Shown: one piece after another, positions 39,071 to 48,161 of the stretch
Layout: each line of letters begins with the position of its first letter
Numbering within the stretch: position 1 is the first letter of the stretch
Virus record (IMG/VR): IMGVR_UViG_3300035182_000918
Span: 1 to 63,998 of that record
DNA: 63,998 nt
Reading direction: 5' to 3' (one strand)
Source: a virus
Lineage: Duplodnaviria; Caudoviricetes
Translations under genes and position numbers: made by a program
The notes under the pieces: generated by a model
Seen by the model: the letters and a program-made list of their open reading frames with translations, nothing else
Told to the model about the DNA's origin: nothing
The model's database searches: none

Positions 39071-39553
39071 TTAACCCTCCTTTACAAATATTGGTTTTAA
39101 TCTAATATACTCTTGTATTAGATTGGCTACCCTATTTAACCAACCCTGCCCAAATGTTTTAAAATTAACATCACCAGTGTGATAACTAATCCTCTTTTGT
39201 AATATATACATCGTGTATATATCCCAGTTCTTAACTTGACTTTTAAGGTCAAGATAAGCATTTTTCATTACATTTGATATCCATCTTGGTCCGCACAATA
39301 TAGCACAGTCAAGACACACAAATGCTACAGGAAACGGGTAGTTACTTAATCCCAATGGTTGCCAATAAGCATTGTAGTAAATATTTAATGCTTGGTCTAA
39401 AGTTAGCTTTGCAATATCAATGTTAGGATAAGCCCTTTTACTTATACCATATTTTGTTTCACCACCAGGGTCAGCGGGGTTATTCACATATCCACCTTCT
39501 GTGGCGAGTATCCACTCTTCTATGGTATTCTTTTGAAACTCACTCCAATCCAT
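39071..39553 (-). CDS. Endolysin, glycosyl hydrolase family 108 (start reassigned to MDWSEF)
   Basis: EGGYVNNPADPGGETKYGIS and FGQGWLNRV. Confidence 0.9.
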   Translation of the reverse strand: MDWSEFQKNTIEEWILATEGGYVNNPADPGGETKYGISKRAYPNIDIAKLTLDQALNIYYNAYWQPLGLSNYPFPVAFVCLDCAILCGPRWISNVMKNAYLDLKSQVKNWDIYTMYILQKRISYHTGDVNFKTFGQGWLNRVANLIQEYIRLKPIFVKEG

Positions 39554-39574
39554 AAACACCTCCTTGTGCAAAAG

Positions 39575-39892
39575 TCAATCATTATTCCTTTCTTTCAATT
39601 CCTTCACTATCATAACAATCAAAAAGTAAGACAACGAATAAAAGTAGTTCGATAAATGTGTCATTTCATCATCAATATCTGTTTCTATAAGCTCGTTCCA
39701 AGTCTCTACAAATACTTGCTGTGATGCCAGTTCTCTATCATTCACACAAACTCCATCTATTACAACATCATTAACCTTCCAATCTTCTTTTTCTATCAAA
39801 GATAAAATACCTTCCAATATTAGCTCTGTAAAACCATTCTTAATTAGAAAATCTTCTAAATATGAATACTCTTCAAATTTCTGCAACTCCAT
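39575..39892 (-). CDS. Acidic 105-aa protein downstream of the mini-tmRNA (start reassigned to MELQKF)
   Basis: AAGGAGGTG RBS right after the RNA CCA end; resembles early MELKQF/MQLKFF proteins. Confidence 0.7.
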   Translation of the reverse strand: MELQKFEEYSYLEDFLIKNGFTELILEGILSLIEKEDWKVNDVVIDGVCVNDRELASQQVFVETWNELIETDIDDEMTHLSNYFYSLSYFLIVMIVKELKERNND

Positions 39893-39908
39893 AAACACCT
39901 CCTTTACT

Positions 39909-39989
39909 TGGTGGAGGAGACGGGAATCGAACCCGTGTCCAACAGATGCGCTTTGGCTTTTACCTGTTGTCAAAACCATTCGCTCCCCC
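39909..39989 (-). ncRNA. Mini-tmRNA-like RNA: tRNA-like domain only, 81 nt
   Basis: GGGGGAG/CTCCTCC acceptor stem with G3.U70, A73 and encoded CCA; stemless D-loop ending GGTTTTGAC; 7-bp helix AACAGGT/ATCTGTT; GGAC linker; T-arm ACGGG-TTCGATT-CCCGT. Confidence 0.85.
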
Positions 39990-39994
39990 ACATA

Positions 39995-40024
39995 ATAATA
40001 TACACACTTTTTACAAAAAGTCAA
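39995..40024 (-). promoter_or_regulatory. Early-type promoter driving the mini-tmRNA
   Basis: TTGACTTTTTGTAAAAAGTGTGTATATTAT, ending 5 nt before G1. Confidence 0.8.
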
Positions 40025-40027
40025 GTC

Positions 40028-40255
40028 TTAATGTATAAGTTGTAATAATTTTAAAATAATCTCTGTTGTTACCCCTACAAACAACAATATGCCAACATTC
40101 CTTAAACTTTTAAATGCGTCATTGAGATATCCTATTTCAATCTTTATCTCCTTAATATCCTTCTCTAATGCACCAAACTTTGAACCCAGTTTAGCCTCAA
40201 GAACAATGTCAATTAAGTGTTCGTTGTCTTTATTGAGAATCTCTTGGTCTGCCAT
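40028..40255 (-). CDS. Coiled-coil protein with C-terminal TM segment
   Basis: LEKDIKEIK heptads then hydrophobic tail; upstream of the endolysin. Confidence 0.6.
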   Translation of the reverse strand: MADQEILNKDNEHLIDIVLEAKLGSKFGALEKDIKEIKIEIGYLNDAFKSLRNVGILLFVGVTTEIILKLLQLIH

Positions 40256-40517
40256 CTTTAATCCCTCCTAAATGAATTGTTAAAATATAAAATATAAGTG
40301 AAAATACCGCAAAAATACTCATTACTATTATCTTTTGCCAACTTATATTGATAACAGTAATAACAAGCAATACTGTATTAACAATTAAAAGCAAAATAGG
40401 TATTGCCATTTTCTCTATAAAAAGCCTTATCTGTTGCACTCTTAATAGATACTGTTGTAGTTCTTGAATACGCTTTTGTTCTTCTTGCTTTATTATTTCT
40501 TGTTTACTCATTCTCAT
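40230..40517 (-). CDS. Membrane protein with two TM segments (start reassigned)
   Basis: MRMSKQE... followed by two hydrophobic helices. Confidence 0.65.
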   Translation of the reverse strand: MRMSKQEIIKQEEQKRIQELQQYLLRVQQIRLFIEKMAIPILLLIVNTVLLVITVINISWQKIIVMSIFAVFSLIFYILTIHLGGIKDGRPRDSQ

Positions 40518-40710
40518 TTTCACCCCCAAGCTCCGTTCCAAAACCATCGTATTTTTTCAATTCTTTATTAACCTTTAAATAATTAAGTGCGATATTCACT
40601 GCTATTTCAGCCCTATTTAGTTCCTCTATATCCTTGTCCTTGTAAGACGAGATAATGTCATCAACTTCAGCCTTGACTTTATCTTCTATTGTTATTAGCT
40701 TTTTTGCCAT
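40504..40710 (-). CDS. Hypothetical protein (copy of 153..359)
   Basis: Near-identical protein. Confidence 0.75.
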   Translation of the reverse strand: MAKKLITIEDKVKAEVDDIISSYKDKDIEELNRAEIAVNIALNYLKVNKELKKYDGFGTELGGENENE

Positions 40711-40966
40711 ACTTTTCCTCCAGTATTTTGGCTATATACTTGCTGCAATTTATCTGATACAAACGCTCCCCTAAATATTTCACAGTAGCCTTCGGATACT
40801 TAACAGCCAAATCTGCGGCTTCAAGTAGTATGTCAACTACTTGTGCCTCTGGTAATATTTCCCTAACATCTTCAATCAAGTCCTCTAAAAAGATGTAGTT
40901 CGGGTAATAATCCCTTTGGGCTATAACCGCTATAATTAGCTTTGTGTATCCTTCTAACTCATACAT
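40679..40966 (-). CDS. Hypothetical protein (copy of 316..615)
   Basis: Near-identical protein. Confidence 0.75.
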   Translation of the reverse strand: MYELEGYTKLIIAVIAQRDYYPNYIFLEDLIEDVREILPEAQVVDILLEAADLAVKYPKATVKYLGERLYQINCSKYIAKILEEKYGKKANNNRR

Positions 40967-40967
40967 A

Positions 40968-42461
40968 TCAATTAAACATCTCTACCGTTATTTCGTTATT
41001 ATTAGTCATAGGTAAATAATTGTTTTTTATTATCCTAACTTTAACCCCGTTATAATATCTATGCAACAGTGCAACCCATCTTGAGTTATCAAATAGTGCT
41101 GCTGCACCCCTTAAACCCTCTTTGCTATCGTTGTCCTTTTTTCTTAAGTGGTGTATCATCACAATGTTACCATTGGTTCTTTCAGTTAATCTCATTAATC
41201 TTTGGAATATAGCCTCTACAATCTCATTGTTGTTCTCATCGGAAAACAACATACCAACTGGGTCTATAAAAACTAAATCGCTGTTGGTTAAATGCTCTTC
41301 CACTTTCTCAAAAAAGTAGTTACCACGCCTTGTCCATTCACCATCTTTTAACAGATTAATATGGTTTATTCTTTCAACTACTATTTTTCCTGCTATTGCT
41401 TCGTAGTTACTGTCAAAATATGTATCAATTAGGTGTTTAATTCTGTATAGTATAATATAATAACTATCTTCAAGACTTATAAAAGTAGTTTTTAATCCCT
41501 CATTAATAGCACCATATACAGCACAATACAAGCTAAACATAGACTTACCTTCACCACCTCTACTTGCTAATATACCTATAACACCCTTTGGTATATTTAA
41601 GAGTTCTGGCAACAATATTTGTGGCTCTGGTATTGGTTGGGTTAAGGCTTCTATATCAATTACATACTTTTGGGTTTCCACATTTTTATATAAGTAGTCA
41701 GCATTATCTAATAGAACCCAAAAGTCTTCTTCAGAAGACTCTTGAATAAAGTCAGCAATGTCGTAACCTTTTTTGGGGTTACCTCTAAACCTTACAATTC
41801 TTATTGTATTTACTATAGGCTCAAGTGTCTTTTGAATAGCTTTTGTATTACGATATCCAGTCTCATCATTGTCTTCAAAGATAACTATATTTGATTGTTT
41901 AAAAAATTCTTCTAAATATTCTTGATATTGAATCTCAAAGCTGTTAAAACCAAGCACTATTGCATTTGCATCAATAGCAAAAGGTTTTAATGCTTCAGCA
42001 CATTTTTCACCTTCGGTTAACCATATTTCGGTATCCATACTACGCTTTTGTGCCAACTGTTGCAAATTATACAACACTTGGGTTACGCCTTTTGGTTCTA
42101 TTTTAAAGGTTTTCTTGCCATCTTTTTCATAGCGATATTTCTTATATAACTCATTACCATCTAAATCTTTATAAACATACACCACAACATTATCCACATT
42201 GTTTAAATCAAGATTGCTGTTCTTAAATTCACCCATTTCTTTAACCCCCATTAATTCTAAAAATCGTTTGTAATTACCGTGAACACCACAACCGAAGCAG
42301 TGGAACGCTCCAGTCTCTGGATTTATTCCTAAACTTGGGTTGTGGTCTTCGTGAAAAGGGCAGGTTGCAAGGTAGTTGTTTCCTACTTTTTTTATATCCA
42401 AATACTTGCTATAAAGTTCAAGATAATCAGGTTTCACTAATGCTAAATTCATTTTCTTCAC
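40968..42461 (-). CDS. Primase-helicase (copy 2)
   Basis: Same motifs as 617..2110. Confidence 0.9.
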   Translation of the reverse strand: MKKMNLALVKPDYLELYSKYLDIKKVGNNYLATCPFHEDHNPSLGINPETGAFHCFGCGVHGNYKRFLELMGVKEMGEFKNSNLDLNNVDNVVVYVYKDLDGNELYKKYRYEKDGKKTFKIEPKGVTQVLYNLQQLAQKRSMDTEIWLTEGEKCAEALKPFAIDANAIVLGFNSFEIQYQEYLEEFFKQSNIVIFEDNDETGYRNTKAIQKTLEPIVNTIRIVRFRGNPKKGYDIADFIQESSEEDFWVLLDNADYLYKNVETQKYVIDIEALTQPIPEPQILLPELLNIPKGVIGILASRGGEGKSMFSLYCAVYGAINEGLKTTFISLEDSYYIILYRIKHLIDTYFDSNYEAIAGKIVVERINHINLLKDGEWTRRGNYFFEKVEEHLTNSDLVFIDPVGMLFSDENNNEIVEAIFQRLMRLTERTNGNIVMIHHLRKKDNDSKEGLRGAAALFDNSRWVALLHRYYNGVKVRIIKNNYLPMTNNNEITVEMFN

Positions 42462-42975
42462 CCTTTTTTAATATTGTATCCCAATAGTGTGATTTTGTCA
42501 AGTCCCCTCCGATTATGTTGTGCCTTACACATTCTTCTACATCATTAAACGCTTTATCCCAATTTATTTTTTCATCTACATTATACCCGATACCCACAAC
42601 CGTTCTAAACAAATTCCAATAACCTCTTGCAAATAAGTAGAAATCTCTACTAATAGGTCTTACTAAAATCTTAACTGATTGGTCATATCTAACTGTTATA
42701 TAACCAAGAAAATAATATTTAACCTTACTCTCAAAAAAGAAATCTCCAAATACTTTAAAGCTGTAATAGCAGTTTAAGATAAAATCAGAACCCACTAAAG
42801 TAAAAGAAATAAACTCCTTAAATTTACGCGGATTAAATACAAAACCAGAGATAGGCAAAACCTGAAGATACGCTCTGTTTTGAACAAAGTCTGGATATTT
42901 AACTTGGGCTTTGTTAGCCTTTGTAAGCATCTTCCTTATTCGTATATTATATCCTTTTATGCTGTTTCTAATCAT
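42427..42975 (-). CDS. Hypothetical protein (copy 2)
   Basis: Homolog of 2076..2624. Confidence 0.7.
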   Translation of the reverse strand: MIRNSIKGYNIRIRKMLTKANKAQVKYPDFVQNRAYLQVLPISGFVFNPRKFKEFISFTLVGSDFILNCYYSFKVFGDFFFESKVKYYFLGYITVRYDQSVKILVRPISRDFYLFARGYWNLFRTVVGIGYNVDEKINWDKAFNDVEECVRHNIIGGDLTKSHYWDTILKKGEENEFSISET

Positions 42976-43715
42976 AATAATATCCTTGTTAATCTTCCTT
43001 CTGCCATTTTAATATATTCTGGATTTTCTTCTATGCCTATGTAATTTCTTCCAAGCTTCTTCGCGGTTACTGCTGTTGTGCCGCTTCCCATAAATGGGTC
43101 TAAAACCACATCACCCTTTAGCGTGCTTGCCTGAATAAACCTACCCACAACTGCTTCAGGTTTTTCTGTAGGGTGTTCTGTTTGACCATACGAAGATTTA
43201 TTAGCTGTAAGCATATAATTACACATTTCTTTTTGAGTTAAAAAGTTCTTAATTTTACCTTCACCCTTACTTCCAACCCAAACAAATTCTGAAGATGAAA
43301 GCCAATTTACTTTACGAAAAGAAGGCACAGGGTTTGTTTTAGCCCATACAAAAATAGTTCTTGATTTGACACCATATTTAGGTGCTAAAAACAAATCAAA
43401 ATAACCTATTCTTTGTTTATCAAAAAAAATATAAATCCAGCTTTTTGGTTTTAACACCCTTATACACTCTTTAAACCAACTTTCAGTAAACTCAAAAAAA
43501 TCTTGTTCACTGTCAAAACAGTCCCACTCTCCAAAATCTAATCTAATGTCCGAATTTCTTTTATGTGTTTTTGATGATAAATTTTTTCTACTAATCTTAT
43601 TGCCTTCTTGACTAATAAAATAAGGTGGGTCAGTAACAACTAAATCCACACTTTCATCTGGGATTGTTTTTAACACTTCTAAACAATCACCTTGTATTAT
43701 CTTGTTTACTTCCAT
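42972..43715 (-). CDS. Orphan beta-class N6-adenine/N4-cytosine DNA methyltransferase; copy 2 only
   Basis: TDPPY, HPTEKP and LDPFMGSGTT in beta order. Confidence 0.92.
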   Translation of the reverse strand: MEVNKIIQGDCLEVLKTIPDESVDLVVTDPPYFISQEGNKISRKNLSSKTHKRNSDIRLDFGEWDCFDSEQDFFEFTESWFKECIRVLKPKSWIYIFFDKQRIGYFDLFLAPKYGVKSRTIFVWAKTNPVPSFRKVNWLSSSEFVWVGSKGEGKIKNFLTQKEMCNYMLTANKSSYGQTEHPTEKPEAVVGRFIQASTLKGDVVLDPFMGSGTTAVTAKKLGRNYIGIEENPEYIKMAEGRLTRILL

Positions 43716-43717
43716 AC

Positions 43718-44689
43718 TTACTTCTCCAACTTAAACAATTGCTCCTGTGCCTGTTTGCAAAATGGTGCCGCTTTACAATACAAAGCACAGTTCATAACAC
43801 CTTCCCTTTCCTCAATTGTATATTTTTTGTCTGGATTATCCCTAATAAACATTTCAGCCTCAAGCTTGGTATTAAATATTTTTACCGCACTTTTTCGCTT
43901 TGGTTGTTTTACGGCATAAGTTGTAGGTCTTAACATCTTCTCATCATCAGAACAGATATCTAACTCATACAAATCTTGGGGCGGTAACTCTATTAGCTTT
44001 TTATACAAGTAAATACGCTCCGACAAATATTTTTCTACATCTTCCATAGGCATTACATTAACAGGCACGACTGTTACATTTTCTTGGGGATAATCGCTTT
44101 GACTTGTTTTTGATTGTTGCCAACCATCCCAAAAGAATGTTATATCAGCCTTTACTATTTGAGTTAACCTCTCTTCTGTATTTGCTCCCAAATAGCGATA
44201 AACCGATAATTGCTTTTCATAATTTGCATAAGTTCCAAAGACATACTTATAGGTGCTTGCTGTCTTCCAATCTACAAGCTTTTCATCTGGAAAAGAAACA
44301 AGGTCAATAACGCCTTTTATTGTAATATCATCAATTGTTAATTTAACAGGATACTCAACCAAATAATCCTCTTCTTTTGTTATCTCTCTTAAAAATTCAG
44401 GCTTAATATCCACATAATCGCCATTAAGGATTGCCCTTAAGTAATCGGAATAAAACTCATTTTTAATTCTTGTCGTAGCATAAAGTAATGCTATTTGGTT
44501 GTGCAATGCTGTTCCCTTAAAAGCACGAAAAGTATCTCTTTTATTCGTGGGTAAATTTACTTTCTTTTTTAGGGCTGCCGCTTTTAAAGAGCCTATAATA
44601 TCAGTGACCCCCACAGTATGGGGGTCTTTGTTTTGAGGGTGTAAATTGCTTATTGATTCATATAAATCATCTAAATACTTTGTCATCAC
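43718..44689 (-). CDS. PD-(D/E)XK Cas4-like exonuclease (copy 2)
   Basis: Homolog of 2629..3600. Confidence 0.8.
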   Translation of the reverse strand: MMTKYLDDLYESISNLHPQNKDPHTVGVTDIIGSLKAAALKKKVNLPTNKRDTFRAFKGTALHNQIALLYATTRIKNEFYSDYLRAILNGDYVDIKPEFLREITKEEDYLVEYPVKLTIDDITIKGVIDLVSFPDEKLVDWKTASTYKYVFGTYANYEKQLSVYRYLGANTEERLTQIVKADITFFWDGWQQSKTSQSDYPQENVTVVPVNVMPMEDVEKYLSERIYLYKKLIELPPQDLYELDICSDDEKMLRPTTYAVKQPKRKSAVKIFNTKLEAEMFIRDNPDKKYTIEEREGVMNCALYCKAAPFCKQAQEQLFKLEK

Positions 44690-45195
44690 AGTTCCTCCTC
44701 CTCTGGGTCAGGTTCCTCTTTTTTTCCCGTTACTACGCTTTGAATATCCTTTAGTTCCCATATGTTTTGACCTGACTGTAAGTCTGCTAAAAAATCGTAT
44801 CCCTTTTCTAAATTATCCAACAATTTTAACAATGCGTGATAGCTAAAAGCAGTTACTTTAAGCCCATCAATCATAAGTTGATATGTGTTTTTTTCTTCAC
44901 TCTTTTCTATCACTTTTAAGGCTATATCCTTTGCATATGCAAGCAACATAGTTTTATCTCTATTATCACCACCATTGCCTCTTGAAAAACCATTTTGCGA
45001 TGTAGTAGGTTGAGTATTTAATTTTGTTGCCTTTACAATTTTTGGATATTGTTCCCCTTCAATCTCTACTTCATACACTCCACCCTGTTCAAATACCAAT
45101 TTTTCGTTCCAACAATAATACTTCCCGTTTACCATCGTATAACTTTTACCTTTTTGGGTTGTTTTTTTCTCAACCTTTGACACAGTTAATTGCAT
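44686..45195 (-). CDS. Putative ssDNA-binding protein (copy 2)
   Basis: Homolog of 3597..4106. Confidence 0.5.
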   Translation of the reverse strand: MQLTVSKVEKKTTQKGKSYTMVNGKYYCWNEKLVFEQGGVYEVEIEGEQYPKIVKATKLNTQPTTSQNGFSRGNGGDNRDKTMLLAYAKDIALKVIEKSEEKNTYQLMIDGLKVTAFSYHALLKLLDNLEKGYDFLADLQSGQNIWELKDIQSVVTGKKEEPDPEEEEL

Positions 45196-45198
45196 AAA

Positions 45199-45648
45199 TT
45201 ATTCCTCCTTGTTTCTTTTTAATATTTTGTCAGCTATCTTCTCTGCTAACTCTTTTAATAATTTAAAATCACAAAAAGCTTGGTATCCATCTTCAATAAC
45301 CTCTCTTAATGTCCAATCCTTACCTTCCTCTATGAAACTTCCCAAAGTGAAATAATCGTCTGCGTGCATATAATCCCAACCATACCAGTAAAAACCTTTT
45401 GGATAATGCTTACCATCGCCTTCCTCGCTAAAAGTTAAACCACCGTGACATCTTAAAGGCACCTCATAATCACTAAACCCCGCTAATGGGTGGTCTTCTG
45501 GTATACCCAAATACTGTGTAAAATGACTACCTCTAACATTCAGTATCAACCTTTGCACACCTTCTTCATTCCACTCCAAAACCTTGCAACTCTGTTCTCC
45601 AAAATCCCTTGCGTGCCTTTTACCAAGTTCATCAGACACTCTTAACAT
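45199..45648 (-). CDS. Conserved phage hypothetical protein (copy 2)
   Basis: Homolog of 4678..5136. Confidence 0.7.
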   Translation of the reverse strand: MLRVSDELGKRHARDFGEQSCKVLEWNEEGVQRLILNVRGSHFTQYLGIPEDHPLAGFSDYEVPLRCHGGLTFSEEGDGKHYPKGFYWYGWDYMHADDYFTLGSFIEEGKDWTLREVIEDGYQAFCDFKLLKELAEKIADKILKRNKEE

Positions 45649-45651
45649 AAT

Positions 45652-45951
45652 TCACACCTCCTTTTTAATATCTCTCATTAATTGTGCTAATAAAATACTT
45701 CTTGCTGGATAGTTTCTTGTTGACAAATATTCTGGTATTCCATTGTCTAAAAAATAATTCCAACTCTTTACAAAAAAATCCTCTACATCTTTCATAGGAG
45801 CACCTTTAGAAGTATCACTGGCGTAAAAGAAATCCAATTCGTGTTTCATTAAGTAAATAATTGTCATATACATTCGGCTGTAATCACTATCAAAATATTT
45901 ACCAAAAAAATTACCAGCATCTTCGCCATCTTTAAATCTTGGTAATTCCAC
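45652..45951 (-). CDS. Hypothetical protein; copy 2 only
   Basis: GGGGGTG RBS; MELPRF start weakly like the MELKQF family. Confidence 0.65.
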   Translation of the reverse strand: MELPRFKDGEDAGNFFGKYFDSDYSRMYMTIIYLMKHELDFFYASDTSKGAPMKDVEDFFVKSWNYFLDNGIPEYLSTRNYPARSILLAQLMRDIKKEV

Positions 45952-45952
45952 A

Positions 45953-46324
45953 TCACACCCCCTTTTGCCAATTCTTTATCAATTCTGAATTAATATTATC
46001 CAAGCCTTTAAGAGGTAGTTCATCTCCTTCCCAAATTAATGTAATAGGCTCAATATATTTATTTGGTTTCTGGGGTATATCGTGATACTCCCACCATTCA
46101 CTCTTATTATAATCCCAATGTCTATCAAGCCAAAAATCCTTACCTACAACTAATAAATCAGTAGCTACTTTTGGGACTCTCAAACTTTCGTATTGTATGT
46201 TAGCAAGTTTCTCGAAAACTTCCCAAGAAAAATAACCCCACGACTCACTCCCGCACCATAAAACATCTTCTACAGACTTTAGATTTCTGTGTAAAACATC
46301 TAAAGTTTCCACTAATAAATTCAT
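45953..46324 (-). CDS. Phage hypothetical protein; copy 2 only
   Basis: MNLLVET...VATDLLVVGKDFWLDR...SEWWEY; GGAGGTG RBS. Confidence 0.7.
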   Translation of the reverse strand: MNLLVETLDVLHRNLKSVEDVLWCGSESWGYFSWEVFEKLANIQYESLRVPKVATDLLVVGKDFWLDRHWDYNKSEWWEYHDIPQKPNKYIEPITLIWEGDELPLKGLDNINSELIKNWQKGV

Positions 46325-46338
46325 ACACACCTCCTAAT

Positions 46339-46701
46339 TTAACATTTCTTGTTTCTAAAATAAGCTTCAAACTCTTCTTTAAATTCTTTAGTAAACATAT
46401 TCAAAACCTTTTCTACATCATATTCTTTATTACAATTTTTCTCTATTGTTCTTAATATTTGTTTCTTCATATCTGTTATGTAAGGCGGATAAGGTATCCC
46501 TGGGCATCTGTAGTTCAAGTCCATTTGTCCTAAACAAAATCTTATAGTTTCTTTGTCTTCTTCGTTCTCAACTGATGAGATTAAACGTCTACTTATTTCC
46601 CATAGTAAATCACTTTTTTCGGGGAAATACTTTTTAGAAAGAGCATTCTCGTAACAATCTAACAAAATTTCAGCATAAGTATTAGATATTTTATCACTCA
46701 T
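46339..46701 (-). CDS. Hypothetical protein; copy 2 only
   Basis: GGAGGTG RBS; 120 aa. Confidence 0.65.
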   Translation of the reverse strand: MSDKISNTYAEILLDCYENALSKKYFPEKSDLLWEISRRLISSVENEEDKETIRFCLGQMDLNYRCPGIPYPPYITDMKKQILRTIEKNCNKEYDVEKVLNMFTKEFKEEFEAYFRNKKC

Positions 46702-46711
46702 ATTACACCTC

Positions 46712-47191
46712 CTAGTTTTCTAATATATCACTTTTTTTAGATTTGTCAAGTAAAAAATTTAAAGTATACAACCCTATGCATACAGCATCGGCTGTATCAA
46801 AAGACCTCATAATCTGTCCTGTGTATTTCTCGGCGTAAGCTAATGCCGCTTCTTTGCGTTCCTTTCTGGGTGCTTTTGCACCTAACTCAAGCACCTTTTG
46901 CCACTCTGAAGCCGACACCCTAATTATACTACCCATCGGGTTACAAACTCTGTAAAGCGTTGTTACTTCAGCCCGTAAAGCAACCAAATCCATCAGTATT
47001 TTAGCATTGTTGTAATAATACTGCAATTCAATCGCAAGATATTTTGCGGGATTTTTAAGTAAAAATTGCCACATAGTGTTAAAGCTGTAATCAAAGGTGT
47101 TACAATACCTTAAAGTCTTATCCTTCCATAAAGCGACGCCCAATCTCTTTCCTGGATCTATGCTTATAAGATCATAAACAGTAATACTCAT
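46712..47191 (-). CDS. RuvC-like resolvase (copy 2; start reassigned)
   Basis: Homolog of 5149..5628. Confidence 0.8.
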   Translation of the reverse strand: MSITVYDLISIDPGKRLGVALWKDKTLRYCNTFDYSFNTMWQFLLKNPAKYLAIELQYYYNNAKILMDLVALRAEVTTLYRVCNPMGSIIRVSASEWQKVLELGAKAPRKERKEAALAYAEKYTGQIMRSFDTADAVCIGLYTLNFLLDKSKKSDILEN

Positions 47192-47355
47192 CTGTCCTCC
47201 TCTTTTTTCTGATATTCTTCCAAGTGATGTTTGAATACCAATACCTTGCATTTCGGACACCTTACTACAATACAACCATCATCAAGCTTGTCTGTAACCT
47301 TCCAATCAAGCTTGTTAGAAGTTTCTCTACAAATAGGACACTTGTATTGTTTCAT
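47188..47355 (-). CDS. Small zinc-ribbon protein (copy 2)
   Basis: Homolog of 5625..5792. Confidence 0.65.
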   Translation of the reverse strand: MKQYKCPICRETSNKLDWKVTDKLDDGCIVVRCPKCKVLVFKHHLEEYQKKEEDR

Positions 47356-48161
47356 ATTAGTTCTACGCCTCCTTTTAACCATTCTATACTACCATTTCTC
47401 TCTTTAGCTTGACTTCTATCCATCACCTCCCATTTGTCATTTTGTTTTAAAAGATTTATTAAAGTATCTACTGTTACCGATGCTTGCCAATGTTGTGTGA
47501 ATATTCCTACACTATCACCTTCAGTAAATTTCACTTTCATTTCCCAATAAAGCACTGGATTAAATCTATGATACCTATAAAAAAGTTCTAAATTGTGTTC
47601 CCACTCACTAAAATTTTTCTGTGATTTTAATTTCTTAACCGCTTCTGATTCTTCCTCTACATACAAAGTAACATTTGGGTCAAGATGATTTATAAACGGA
47701 AAGAATATTTTACTAAATCTTATATCTTGCAACTCTGAATTAATTAACATAGGCTCATTACTATAATCATTGATACAATAAAAAGCTATTTTATTATCTT
47801 CAATTATCACATCATTGAAGTTATTATAAAACAACCAATCTCCTCTAAACCTTTTCCAACATTTTACTATTTCTATGGCTTCTTCATAGGATATTCCATA
47901 AAAATTCCTATCAAAATATTCTATCATACAAAAATTTTCGTTAAAAAAAATTTGCTTCGGGTTATAAATTATTTCTCTTTTTTCACAGGGTATATCTGTT
48001 TTTTCTATATTCCTTGAACCATCCTTAAATGTTTTTTTGAACATTAAAGATTTACATTTAGGACACATTACCACAAGACCCTTTTTTTTTATTCTCTTTT
48101 TTGGTTTTAATTCGTCTTCATTTACCATCTCATTACACACAGGACACTTATACTGTTTCAT
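47352..48161 (-). CDS. Zinc-ribbon-containing protein (copy 2)
   Basis: Homolog of 5789..6598. Confidence 0.7.
   Translation of the reverse strand: MKQYKCPVCNEMVNEDELKPKKRIKKKGLVVMCPKCKSLMFKKTFKDGSRNIEKTDIPCEKREIIYNPKQIFFNENFCMIEYFDRNFYGISYEEAIEIVKCWKRFRGDWLFYNNFNDVIIEDNKIAFYCINDYSNEPMLINSELQDIRFSKIFFPFINHLDPNVTLYVEEESEAVKKLKSQKNFSEWEHNLELFYRYHRFNPVLYWEMKVKFTEGDSVGIFTQHWQASVTVDTLINLLKQNDKWEVMDRSQAKERNGSIEWLKGGVELI

Noticed and set aside
39909-39941. tmRNA/tRNA 3' fragment read as an attP/attR core
   Set aside because: The matching 5' half, a fully paired acceptor stem and a dedicated promoter are present, and no integrase is nearby. Use as a recombination target is not fully excluded.
39909-39989. 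Ordinary tRNA-Ala
   Set aside because: It has no D-stem and a 7-bp stem with a 14-nt loop instead of a 5-bp stem with a 7-nt anticodon loop.
39893-40024. N-terminal extension of the 149-aa ORF 39575..40024
   Set aside because: It reads through the promoter and RNA gene; the strong RBS places the start at 39892.
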